Origin: Trueperaceae bacterium
GTDB lineage: Bacteria; Deinococcota; Deinococci; Deinococcales; Trueperaceae
Reading direction: 5' to 3'
DNA: 64,000 nucleotides
Assembly: GCA_965214405.1 (NCBI GenBank)
Contig: OZ243956.1
Coordinates: forward strand, 576,001-640,000
Shown here piece after piece: positions 9,604-18,435 of the stretch. The notes under the pieces are model-generated. The model ran no database searches. It was not told where the DNA came from and saw nothing but the letters and a program-made list of their open reading frames with translations. The position numbers and the translations under genes were made by a program. Every line of letters begins with the position of its first letter. Positions within the stretch are counted from its first letter, which is position 1.

Positions 9604-10125
9604 CTACTCGGTTTGGGCGAGTTGAGCCACGAGCGCGTCGGCGGATTCTATGCCTGTGACTAAGTCCGTCGTGCTACCGTCCGGTCGGATGATGAAGTGC
9701 GGCGTCGAGGGCGGGGAGGTGATAGCGCGTCCAAAGGTGTCCACAAGCGCGCGCAAGAGTTCGGGCGTTATGACCGCAAAACGCAGGTCGAAACCCTCTT
9801 TTTCGGCGTACGCCGCCAGCGCCTCGTTGCTGAGGTTTCCTTCGATGCTCAGCGCGATGAATTCAACATCCTCGCCCACCTCTTGTTTGGCGGCGTTCAC
9901 GTTGCCGAGCTGACGGCGGCAGTTGGTACACCAGGTCGCCATCGGCTCGACGAATACCGGCTTGCCTTCAAAGCCGCCCAGCGTAAAGGTCTCCCCGGTA
10001 CGCGCGTCGGTGAGCTCTAAGCTCTGCCACGCGGGGCGCGTTTCTCCGGCTTGCCCCCCCGTTTGCGCGAGTGAAACCGTGAATGCAAAGGTGAGAAGCA
10101 TGACTAAAACGTTTCGTAGGATCAT
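9604..10125 (-). CDS. Exported TlpA-like redoxin
   Basis: Signal peptide plus ATWCTNC (CxxC) motif. Confidence 0.88.
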   Translation of the reverse strand: MILRNVLVMLLTFAFTVSLAQTGGQAGETRPAWQSLELTDARTGETFTLGGFEGKPVFVEPMATWCTNCRRQLGNVNAAKQEVGEDVEFIALSIEGNLSNEALAAYAEKEGFDLRFAVITPELLRALVDTFGRAITSPPSTPHFIIRPDGSTTDLVTGIESADALVAQLAQTE

Positions 10126-10369
10126 CTGTCGCTCCTTTCGGTTGTACTTTTACAAAGGTTTAGCGTTACAAACGAATCCTACAGGAACGCAGCCGCCCGC
10201 ACCGTCAAGCGTTTAACGCCGAATATAAATAAAGCACGCCCGTCACGCGACTCAAACGGACGTGTTCTGGTGGGGGTATCGGCCGTGAGTGTTTGCTCTG
10301 AGTGATGGAATTTTGAGTGATGGAATAAAGACGGGGTACAGCCAAGATGTGTAAGGCAGAGGCCGCGAG

Positions 10370-10387
10370 CTAGGACTTTGGTCCTAG
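10370..10387. promoter_or_regulatory. Palindromic operator CTAGGAC-TTTG-GTCCTAG, candidate response-regulator site
   Basis: Perfect 7-4-7 inverted repeat about 70 bp upstream of the small ORF/SDR operon. Confidence 0.55.
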
Positions 10388-10457
10388 ACGCACCTACGCC
10401 CTCCGCCCCAGGCACACGCCTTCCTCCGCGACTACGCTTACGTAGAGGAGGTTGGCT

Positions 10458-10604
10458 GTGACCCTAAACAGCAGTCAGTTTATGAATTCGCAGGAACTTT
10501 CATTCGCCAGAGCCTCCACGCTCGAGCCCACTCCTAACTCCACCGACCGTAAACCATCACGTATCCTTCTAAATCCCAAAGATTTCACCGGAGCCCTCGC
10601 ATGA
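10458..10604 (+). CDS. Unannotated 48-aa small protein coupled to the SDR
   Basis: GAGGAGG RBS 6 nt before GTG 10458; MTLNSSQFMNSQELSFARASTLEPTPNSTDRKPSRILLNPKDFTGALA; stop overlaps the SDR start (ATGA). Confidence 0.6.
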   Translation: MTLNSSQFMNSQELSFARASTLEPTPNSTDRKPSRILLNPKDFTGALA

Positions 10605-11359
10605 GCCGCGTTGCCATGATTACTGGAGCGAGTCGGGGGCTGGGATATACGCTCGCAAACTTCTTGGCCGCGCAGGGGTACGCCCTCGTCATTGACGCTC
10701 GAGACGCCGAAGCCCTCAGCAGAGCGGCGGAAACCTTTCGCGCGCACGGCGCAACCGTCACCGCGGTGGCGGGCAGCGTGACCGACGCGGCGCACCGACG
10801 CGCACTTCTTCGGGCGGCGCGTGAGTCGGGCGGCCTCGAGCTGCTCGTCAACAACGCGTCAACCCTCGGGCCGAGCCCGCTGCCGACCCTGGCGGACTAT
10901 CCGTTGGAGCGTCTGCGTGAGGTGTTCGACACCAACGTCATCGCGCCCCTGGCGCTCGTGCAGGAGGCGCTGCCGCTCCTCGAGGTGACGCGGGGCTTTA
11001 TTGTCAACGTAACGAGCGACGCCGCGTTGGGGGGCTACGAAGGTTGGGGCGGGTACGGCTCGAGCAAAGCCGCCTTAGACCTCGTCAGCAAAACTTTGGC
11101 GAACGAACTTAAAGAAAGTGGGGTAAGCGTCGTGAGTGTGGACCCCGGCGATATGCGGACCAACATGCACCAGGAGGCGTTTTCTGGTGAGGACATCTCG
11201 GACAGGCCCACGCCCGACGTGACGCTGCCCTTTTGGGCCTGGCTGTTGGGGCAAGGTCGAGACGCCGACCGAGATGTCAACGGCGGGCGCTTCCAAGCCC
11301 AGGCCGACCGCTGGACGCTGCCCGCCGGAGACGTGAAAGTAGAAGAGGTGGAGGCGTGA
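10601..11359 (+). CDS. Short-chain dehydrogenase/reductase
   Basis: TGASRGLG, LVNNAS and YGSSK motifs. Confidence 0.93.
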   Translation: MSRVAMITGASRGLGYTLANFLAAQGYALVIDARDAEALSRAAETFRAHGATVTAVAGSVTDAAHRRALLRAARESGGLELLVNNASTLGPSPLPTLADYPLERLREVFDTNVIAPLALVQEALPLLEVTRGFIVNVTSDAALGGYEGWGGYGSSKAALDLVSKTLANELKESGVSVVSVDPGDMRTNMHQEAFSGEDISDRPTPDVTLPFWAWLLGQGRDADRDVNGGRFQAQADRWTLPAGDVKVEEVEA

Positions 11360-12414
11360 GAGTCGCCGACCTCGATTTCGCCCGTCCCGCTCACCTTCAG
11401 GCCACGCAGCCACCCGAGGCGCGGGGTGGAGCGCGCGACGGCGTGCGGCTTTTGGTCAGCACGCCAGAGGGTCATCACCACAGCGCCTTTACAAACCTCG
11501 CCAACTTTCTAAACCCCGGCGACCTGCTGGTGGTCAACCGCAGCGCCACACTGCCTGCGAGCCTCCCTGCCGAGGGCGCATTTGGCCCCTTTCTGCTCAA
11601 CCTGTCCACCCGCTACGGCGCGGGCGTGTGGCTGGCCGAACCGCGCCCCAACGTCGCCACGCCCGGTCCTCTCCCGCTTGGGTCGGGCGACGCGGCGACC
11701 GTGGGCGGGTTGCGGGCCACCTTTCTGGCACCCTACCCCGGCCTCCCCCGCTTGTGGTTCGTGAGGTTTGAAGGGGGCACGTCTGAAGGAGACGCTGAAG
11801 AAGCCGTGACGGAAGCGATGAGGCGCTACGGCGAGCCGATTCGTTACGGGTACCTTGAAGAGGCTCAGGCCCTCGAGCACTACCAGACACTGTTCGCCGA
11901 CACCCCCGGTTCCGCCGAGATGCCCTCAGCCGCGCGCCCCTTTAGCCAGCGCGTGGTAGAACGTTTGACCGGCAAGGGCGTCCGCATCGCCTCGCTCATC
12001 CTGCACGCGGGGGTCTCGAGCCTCGAGCTAACCCAGGGCGATCTCGCCGACCAGACGCTCCCGCCCGAGCCGTTCGAGGTCCCGGCGGCCACGGCGCGGC
12101 TCGTCAACGAAACCAAAGCCGAGGGGAACCGCGTGGTCGCGGTGGGCACCACCGTGGTGCGGGCGCTGGAAACCGCGTGGGACGGTCAAGAGGTGACGCC
12201 GAGCCGGGGCTTTACCCGCCTCTACATTCATCCGGGGCGCAGGGTCAACGTTGTGGATGGCCTCATCAGCGGGTTTCACGACCCCGAGGCGAGCCACTTA
12301 GCCATGCTCTACGCCGTCGCCAGACCCTTCCTCGTGCGGGAGGCGTACGGTGAGGCTGTAAATACGGGTTACTTGTGGCATGAGTTTGGCGACAGCCATC
12401 TGATGCTGCCATGA
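11356..12414 (+). CDS. QueA-like SAM-dependent ribosyltransferase-isomerase (divergent paralog)
   Basis: GDLLVVN, YQTLFA, AVGTTVVRALE and EFGDS motifs; GTGA overlap with the SDR. Confidence 0.85.
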   Translation: MRVADLDFARPAHLQATQPPEARGGARDGVRLLVSTPEGHHHSAFTNLANFLNPGDLLVVNRSATLPASLPAEGAFGPFLLNLSTRYGAGVWLAEPRPNVATPGPLPLGSGDAATVGGLRATFLAPYPGLPRLWFVRFEGGTSEGDAEEAVTEAMRRYGEPIRYGYLEEAQALEHYQTLFADTPGSAEMPSAARPFSQRVVERLTGKGVRIASLILHAGVSSLELTQGDLADQTLPPEPFEVPAATARLVNETKAEGNRVVAVGTTVVRALETAWDGQEVTPSRGFTRLYIHPGRRVNVVDGLISGFHDPEASHLAMLYAVARPFLVREAYGEAVNTGYLWHEFGDSHLMLP

Positions 12415-12848
12415 CCTGCACCCACCTTGTCTTACACGTTGGCGACCTCTCAGCCACCAGGCGTTTTTACGTCACGGCGTTGGGGTGCGAAGAGAGGCGG
12501 TTCGCGCCCGATGAAGGGTTCCTAAGCATCGCGGTGGGCGCGTTCATCATCAACTTTTACGAAATCAGCAAACTTGCCCCTGACCGCTCGCTTCCCGACG
12601 CCTACGCGGCGGGCGTGAGTCACCTTGGTTTCGAGGTGGCGACGAGAGAACTCGTTGAAACCCATTTTCAAGCTTTGAATAGTGCGGCTTATCCTTTGTT
12701 TGGTCGTGTGTTTGGTCGTGGGAAAAGGTATTTCAAAGATTTGCAGGGTCTACGCAACACGCAAACGCCCGGACCTTACAGATTTTATGTTCACGACCCC
12801 GATGGTTACCCCGTCGAAATTCACACCTGGGAAGGGGCGGACGAATGA
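12411..12848 (+). CDS. VOC/glyoxalase-family protein
   Basis: HLVLHVGDL...FY...LG, HLGFEV and DPDGYPVE motifs; ATGA overlap. Confidence 0.85.
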   Translation: MTCTHLVLHVGDLSATRRFYVTALGCEERRFAPDEGFLSIAVGAFIINFYEISKLAPDRSLPDAYAAGVSHLGFEVATRELVETHFQALNSAAYPLFGRVFGRGKRYFKDLQGLRNTQTPGPYRFYVHDPDGYPVEIHTWEGADE

Positions 12849-13252
12849 TTCAAGGACTTGACCACCTGGCGCTCGCCGTTTCCGATTTACCTCGAGCCGT
12901 CTCTTTCTACTGCGACGTGCTGGGAATGCGCCCGGTGGACGGCCGCAATCCTGCCGAGGAGGCTTACTTTTGGGTCAACTTCGGTTTTGGACAAACGCTC
13001 AATTTGGCGCTCTATCCCGAAGGCACGCCGAACGCCCTCGGCACTTCACACGATCCCTCTCGCAGCCCTCACGCCGCGTTCGCCGCCCCCGAAGAGAGCT
13101 TGAGCATCCTCAAAGCGCGCCTCGAGGCGGGGGGCGTTGAAGTCCGCGAATCTCGCACCGGGCTCTACTTTAGCGACCCCGACGGAAACTCTTTAGAAGT
13201 GACCTGCTGGCGTGAGCATGTTTTGAAGCGTTCGGGACAAGCCCATTGGTAG
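12845..13252 (+). CDS. VOC/glyoxalase-family protein
   Basis: GLDHLALAVSDL, HAAF and YFSDPDGNSLE motifs; ATGA overlap. Confidence 0.88.
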   Translation: MIQGLDHLALAVSDLPRAVSFYCDVLGMRPVDGRNPAEEAYFWVNFGFGQTLNLALYPEGTPNALGTSHDPSRSPHAAFAAPEESLSILKARLEAGGVEVRESRTGLYFSDPDGNSLEVTCWREHVLKRSGQAHW

Positions 13253-13316
13253 ATTGGAAAGGCGTGGCTCGAGGGGTGGCGCAAAGAGGAGCCTGGGGTG
13301 CGCTAACATGAGAGGG

Positions 13317-14465
13317 ATGGAAAGCACGTCAGAAAGTGCGCTCGAGCGGCGCGTGTCCGAACTCTCGACGCTCAACGCCATTGGCGAAATCCTGAACGAG
13401 GCGGAGTTTGCCGAGGCGTTGGGGCGGGCGTTGGCGCGGCTCGTGGCGCTGTTAGGGCTCGAGGCGGGCTGGGTTTTTCTCACGCGGGTGGCGCAGGGCG
13501 ACGCCCACGGGGGCGGTTTACGCGCCGCCGCGATGACCGGGCTCCCGCCTGCGCTCGCTCAACATGACGCGGCACCTCTTTGCGAGGGAAGCTGCGACTG
13601 CCAGTGGCTTTTCCGGCGCGGCAAGCTGGACAAAGGCGTCAACATCGTCCATTGCAGCCGCTTGGAGGCCGCGACGGGTGACAAGGCGGGTTTGGAAATC
13701 CACGCCAGCATCCCGCTGTTGGGGCAACGGGGGCCGGTGGGCATCTTGAACGTGGCCGCGCCGGGGCGTGAGCCGTTTGACGACGACACTTTGAAGTTTC
13801 TCACCACGGTCGGGCGGCAGCTCGGCGTCGCCTTCGAGCGTGCGAGGCTTCAGGACGAGCGCACGCGCGAGGCGCGCCACTTGGCCGCGGTAGAGGAGCG
13901 GCAGCGTTTGGCAACCGAGATGCACGACTCGGTCACGCAGCTCCTTTTTGCCGCCGACTTGTCCTTACGCGTCGCCAGGGACGACCCCGACGAGGCGCAG
14001 CGAGAGAAAAGTTTGGACAGGAGCGCCGACCTGGTCCACAGCGCGTTGGGGGAGCTTCGCGGCCTCGTCGAGGTGCTGCGCCCGCCCCTGACGGCTGATT
14101 TGCCGACGCTCCTCAAACGTCTCGCGCAGCGCGTCCCGGAGGGCGTCACGGTGCATCTAGAAACCGAGCCGCTGCCGCTCGACACTGGGCAAACCGAAGC
14201 GCTCTACCGCGTAGCGCAGGAGGCGGTTCACAACACGCTCAAACACGCCGAGGCAACGCATCTGTGGCTGGGGCTCGAGAGGCGCGGCTCTACCATTATC
14301 CTGAGCATCAAAGACGACGGACGCGGCTTAGACGGCAAAAAAACGGGCGGCTTCGGTTTCGAAACGATGCGCGGGCGCGCGGCCTCACTGGGCGGCGCGC
14401 TCAATATAACAAACCGTCCACGCGGCGGCCTCAAAGTCGAGGTGACGTTTCCGTGGCGGGGTTAG
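13317..14465 (+). CDS. Soluble GAF-domain sensor histidine kinase (HisKA_3, YhcY/AirS-like)
   Basis: GAF with C-x3-C-x-C-x17-C; EERQRLATEMHDSVTQ, EAVHNTLKHA, DDGRG and GFG boxes; no obvious TM segment. Confidence 0.9.
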   Translation: MESTSESALERRVSELSTLNAIGEILNEAEFAEALGRALARLVALLGLEAGWVFLTRVAQGDAHGGGLRAAAMTGLPPALAQHDAAPLCEGSCDCQWLFRRGKLDKGVNIVHCSRLEAATGDKAGLEIHASIPLLGQRGPVGILNVAAPGREPFDDDTLKFLTTVGRQLGVAFERARLQDERTREARHLAAVEERQRLATEMHDSVTQLLFAADLSLRVARDDPDEAQREKSLDRSADLVHSALGELRGLVEVLRPPLTADLPTLLKRLAQRVPEGVTVHLETEPLPLDTGQTEALYRVAQEAVHNTLKHAEATHLWLGLERRGSTIILSIKDDGRGLDGKKTGGFGFETMRGRAASLGGALNITNRPRGGLKVEVTFPWRG

Positions 14466-15076
14466 TCAGCACGCTTCTTATCATCGACGACCACCCGGTG
14501 GTGCGCGAAGGGCTCAAGGCGTTCTTAAACTTACAGAGCGATTTGGACGTGATTGGCGAAGCAGGAAATTTACAAGAGGGACTCGAGCGCGTGACCAGCC
14601 TCCAGCCCGATTTAGTTCTGCTCGACCTCGAGTTCGCCAGCGGGAGCGGTTTGAGCCTGTTGCCCAAGCTGCGCGCGCTCGAGCCGCCCCCGCGGGTGCT
14701 CGTCCTAACGAGTTTTTTGGATGAGGATTACGTGCGAAGGGCCGCGCAAGCGGGCGCGGCGGGTTTTCTGGTTAAACACGCCGGACCCGAAAAGCTTTTA
14801 GACGGTGTGCGCGCCGTTTTACGCGGCGAGATGGCCCTCGACCCAGAGGCCGTCACGCTATTGGCTCAACCCTTTGACGACCCCTTACGCGACCTCACCG
14901 CCCGCGAGCGCGAGGTGCTGGCGCTCGTGGCCGAGGGGCTGAGCAACAAGGGAATTGCGCAGCGGCTCGAGGTGGCCGAGAAAACCGTCAAAACCCACGT
15001 CAGCAGCGTGCTCGCCAAGCTGCGAGTAAAGGGCAGGACGCAGGCGGCTCTTTACGCTAAGGAGCGAGGGTGGTAA
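14453..15076 (+). CDS. NarL/LuxR-family response regulator
   Basis: IIDDHPVVREGL, LLDL and LTAREREVL...SNKGIA...TVKTHVS motifs. Confidence 0.95.
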   Translation: MAGLVSTLLIIDDHPVVREGLKAFLNLQSDLDVIGEAGNLQEGLERVTSLQPDLVLLDLEFASGSGLSLLPKLRALEPPPRVLVLTSFLDEDYVRRAAQAGAAGFLVKHAGPEKLLDGVRAVLRGEMALDPEAVTLLAQPFDDPLRDLTAREREVLALVAEGLSNKGIAQRLEVAEKTVKTHVSSVLAKLRVKGRTQAALYAKERGW

Positions 15077-15272
15077 GAACGGATGATGGTTTCGGCTCGA
15101 GCAGAAAGCTCACGCCCCCCACCTCAAAATTAAAGACTAAGGACGCCGCTAAGCTGAAGGGTGACAGAATTTCAGCGTCAGCTATCCGGCATAATGTAGC
15201 AGCGTCTCGAAACGCAGCTCAAAAATCAGAACTCATTCAAGACGCTTGCTCGTTTGTTCGTTTGGCAGCGGT

Positions 15273-15578
15273 TTAGTAGCGGTCGCGCCCGCCGCCGCCA
15301 CGGTTGCCACCGCCGCGGTTGCCGCCGCCGAAGCCGCCGCGGTCGCCGCGGTCATTGTCACGAACGGGCGCGGCGTTCGTCACGGTGACGTTGGACGCCT
15401 GCAAACCCTTTTGCCCCTGCTCGACCTGATATTCGACCTCGTCGCCTTCATTGAGGTTTCTGTAGCCCTGGCCCGCGATAGCCGAGAAGTGAACAAACAC
15501 ATCCGCGCCACCGTCATCCTGCTGGATAAAACCAAAACCTTTTTCACCGTTGAACCATTTTACTTTACCTGTCGGCAT
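15273..15578 (-). CDS. Cold-shock protein with Gly/Arg-rich tail
   Basis: GKVKWFN, KGFGFI and VFVHFSAI motifs. Confidence 0.96.
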   Translation of the reverse strand: MPTGKVKWFNGEKGFGFIQQDDGGADVFVHFSAIAGQGYRNLNEGDEVEYQVEQGQKGLQASNVTVTNAAPVRDNDRGDRGGFGGGNRGGGNRGGGGRDRY

Positions 15579-15667
15579 GTACCTTCTCCTGTGCCCAGCT
15601 TGAGATGCCAGATGAATTAACGCTGAACGTGTCTAAAAGCGTTGGAGTCTGGAACTGAACACCTCCT

Positions 15668-15696
15668 ATGGTATAGATTGCCGGGGGAGGTGTCAA
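15668..15696 (-). promoter_or_regulatory. Sigma70-type promoter of the cold-shock gene
   Basis: TTGACA-17 bp-TACCAT on the minus strand. Confidence 0.7.
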
Positions 15697-16027
15697 GCGG
15701 TTTGGCGCATTTGTAGCAGGCATCATCCCTTTTGAGCGAGGTTAGCCTTCCAGTTATCGTCTAGAACGTAGCTACAGTGGTGATGGCTGCGCTGAACTAT
15801 CTTAATAACGTCGCTTGCTGCTAGGAATTGTGTGCTAGACGTGGAAGAGAAAAATCACTTCAAAGCTTTTCAACACCAGGAAGCGTTAGGCACAGCACCT
15901 GCGAGTTTAGGTAGCAAACAACGTTAATACCGTCTGAAAACCGTTTTGTCGACGTTGCGCTCAGAATATTCTCTAATCCTCTCGAGCAACCTTTCAACCC
16001 CTGAATAATTTCGTACACTAATCACTT

Positions 16028-17521
16028 ATGAAACTTTTTACGGCGCAACAGATGCGAAGTGCCGACCAAGCCGCGGCAGACGCGGGTATGTCGTCGCTTT
16101 TGCTGATGGAAAACGCGGGGCGCGCGGTGGCTGAGGCGACGCGGCGGCACTGGCCCAACGCGAAACATATCCTGATTCTCTGCGGACGGGGCAACAACAG
16201 CGGCGACGGGTACGTGGCGGCGCGGCATCTCCTTTTGGCGGGACGGGAGGTGACGGTGCTCGAGCACGCCCGCCACCCCGATGACATGGGTTCAGACAAC
16301 AGCCGCGCGGCGCGGGGCGCGTGGCTCGCGCACGGTGAAGCGGGAGAGCTGAACGAAAAGAATCTCCGGGCGGCGCTGGGGCGTCATCATCTTGTTATAG
16401 ACGCGCTTTTCGGGAGTGGCTTATCGAGGGCGCTCGAGGACCCCTTCGCAAGCCTTGTCGAAGCGGTGAACGGGAGTAGTTTGCCCGTGCTCAGCGTGGA
16501 CGTGCCCAGCGGCGTGTCCGCGGACGAGGCCGAACTTAAGGGTCCGCACCTCCGGGCGACGCGGACGGTGCAACTGGCGGGGCCGAAGCGCTCTTCGGTG
16601 CTCCATCCCGCAAGCGAGGCGTACGGCGCGTGGGAGGTGGCCGACATCGGCATCCCCGAGGAGGTTTTGGAGGCCCAGTCGGACGTGCAGGTCCTTACCG
16701 AGGAGGACGTGGTGCGGTGGTTCCCGACCAGGGCGCAGGACACGCACAAGTACAAGGTGGGGACGGTGCTGGTCGTGGCCGGGTCGGAGGAATATTTGGG
16801 CGCGGCCGAGATGGCCTGTCGCGGGGCCTACCGCGCGGGGGCGGGGCTCGTCACGCTCGCCGCGGAGGGACGGCTGGCGGGGTCGTGGCCCGAGATCATC
16901 TTTGCGCCCCTCCATTGGGACGAGGACCCGCTGGCGGGGTTGGAAGATATTCCTGAAAAGCGGCGGCAGGTCCGGGTGATCGGGCCGGGCTTGGACAAGC
17001 GGGCGTTGGACGTGTTACCTCAGCTTATCGGCCAGAGTGGCGCGCCCACGCTGCTCGACGCTGGAGCGTTGGACGGCGGCGACGCCTGGTTTGAGGCGGT
17101 CAGGGGGCATGGTCGCTGCGTCCTGACGCCGCACGCGGGCGAGGCGGCGGGGCTGTTGGGCGGCAGCGCGGGAGACGTCCAGGCCGACCCCATCGGCAGC
17201 GCGCAGGAACTTGCGAAGAGGAGCCGCGCCGTCACCGTGCTCAAGGGCGCGACCACGACCATCGCTGCGCCGGATGGGCGGGTGGCGGTGAGCACGAGAA
17301 GTCACCCCGGCATGGCGACGGGCGGCGCGGGGGACGTGCTTTCGGGCTGCTTGGGCGCGTGGCTGGCAGGGGCAGACGATCTTTTTGGGCGAGCCTGCGC
17401 GGCGGTTTTCGTCCACGGCTTGGCGGGGCGGCGAGCGGCGGAAACGTACGGCGACGGCCTCGTGGCGACCGACTTGGTGGCGGCGTTTTCGCGGGTGTGG
17501 CTCGAGCTTTCTCGCCCATGA
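16028..17521 (+). CDS. nnr: Bifunctional NAD(P)HX epimerase/dehydratase
   Basis: LMENAG, GRGNNSGDG, DVPSG, LTPHAGEA and GMATGGAGDVL motifs. Confidence 0.93.
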   Translation: MKLFTAQQMRSADQAAADAGMSSLLLMENAGRAVAEATRRHWPNAKHILILCGRGNNSGDGYVAARHLLLAGREVTVLEHARHPDDMGSDNSRAARGAWLAHGEAGELNEKNLRAALGRHHLVIDALFGSGLSRALEDPFASLVEAVNGSSLPVLSVDVPSGVSADEAELKGPHLRATRTVQLAGPKRSSVLHPASEAYGAWEVADIGIPEEVLEAQSDVQVLTEEDVVRWFPTRAQDTHKYKVGTVLVVAGSEEYLGAAEMACRGAYRAGAGLVTLAAEGRLAGSWPEIIFAPLHWDEDPLAGLEDIPEKRRQVRVIGPGLDKRALDVLPQLIGQSGAPTLLDAGALDGGDAWFEAVRGHGRCVLTPHAGEAAGLLGGSAGDVQADPIGSAQELAKRSRAVTVLKGATTTIAAPDGRVAVSTRSHPGMATGGAGDVLSGCLGAWLAGADDLFGRACAAVFVHGLAGRRAAETYGDGLVATDLVAAFSRVWLELSRP

Positions 17522-18417
17522 CTCCTGTGACCGTCCGCGTCCCCGCGACGAGCGCCAACTTGGGACCCGGTTTTGATTGTCTCGGCCTGGCGGTGGGGCT
17601 GTGGCTCGAGGTCTCAGTGGGTCCCGCACCCCATGACGGCCTCTCCTACCGGGGTGAGGGCAACGTACCCGACACACCCGACAGCCTCATCCACCAGGGC
17701 TTCCGCTCCGTCTATCGCTCGCTCGGGCAGCCCCCGCCGACGGTTCACTTTGCGGTGGACAACCCCATCCCGCTCGCTCGCGGCCTCGGCTCTTCCTCGG
17801 CGGCGCTCGTTGCCGGGACGGCTTTGGCCGACGCCGCGCTTGGGAGCGTGCTGGGCCGCGACGGGGTTTTTGAGCTCACCGCCAAGATGGAGGGTCACCC
17901 GGACAACGTGGCCCCGGCGGTTTACGGCGGCTTTACGGTGTCGGCGTCTACGCCGGGCGGCTACCTTTGCGAGAGCTTGAACGTCCCCGAAAGCTGGACC
18001 TTTCTTTTTGCCGTGCCCGACTTCGAACTCTTGACGAGCGAATCGCGGGCGGTGCTGCCCGCGCTCTACGCTCGAGGCGACGCCGTCTTCAACGCCTCAC
18101 GTAGCGCCCTGTGGACCGCGGCGGTGGCGCTTGATAAACCTGAACTGTTACGCGTCGCGGCGCAAGACGCCCTCCACGAGCCCTACCGCGAGGGTCTCAT
18201 CCCCGGTTTTGCCGCTCTCCGGGAGCGGCTGCGGGAGGCGGGCGTGCCCGCTTATCTGTCGGGCGCGGGGCCGACGCTGGGGGCGGTGTGTACGGACGCT
18301 AAGGCAGTTCGGCACTGTGAAAAGCTTATGCGCGCCTTTGTGGGGGAGCGGGGGCAAGTGCTCGAGCTTCAAGCGAGCGAAGGGTACAACTTTGGTGCAA
18401 GCGTCGAAGAAACCTGA
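17518..18417 (+). CDS. thrB: Homoserine kinase
   Basis: VPATSANLGPGFDCLG, PLARGLGSS, EGHPDN and SGAGPT motifs. Confidence 0.95.
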   Translation: MTPVTVRVPATSANLGPGFDCLGLAVGLWLEVSVGPAPHDGLSYRGEGNVPDTPDSLIHQGFRSVYRSLGQPPPTVHFAVDNPIPLARGLGSSSAALVAGTALADAALGSVLGRDGVFELTAKMEGHPDNVAPAVYGGFTVSASTPGGYLCESLNVPESWTFLFAVPDFELLTSESRAVLPALYARGDAVFNASRSALWTAAVALDKPELLRVAAQDALHEPYREGLIPGFAALRERLREAGVPAYLSGAGPTLGAVCTDAKAVRHCEKLMRAFVGERGQVLELQASEGYNFGASVEET

Positions 18418-18435
18418 AAAGCGTCCGCGTAAGCG

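Noticed and set aside
11356..12414. Canonical queA assignment
   Set aside because: Several canonical motifs are replaced and the context lacks tgt, so the gene symbol was withheld.
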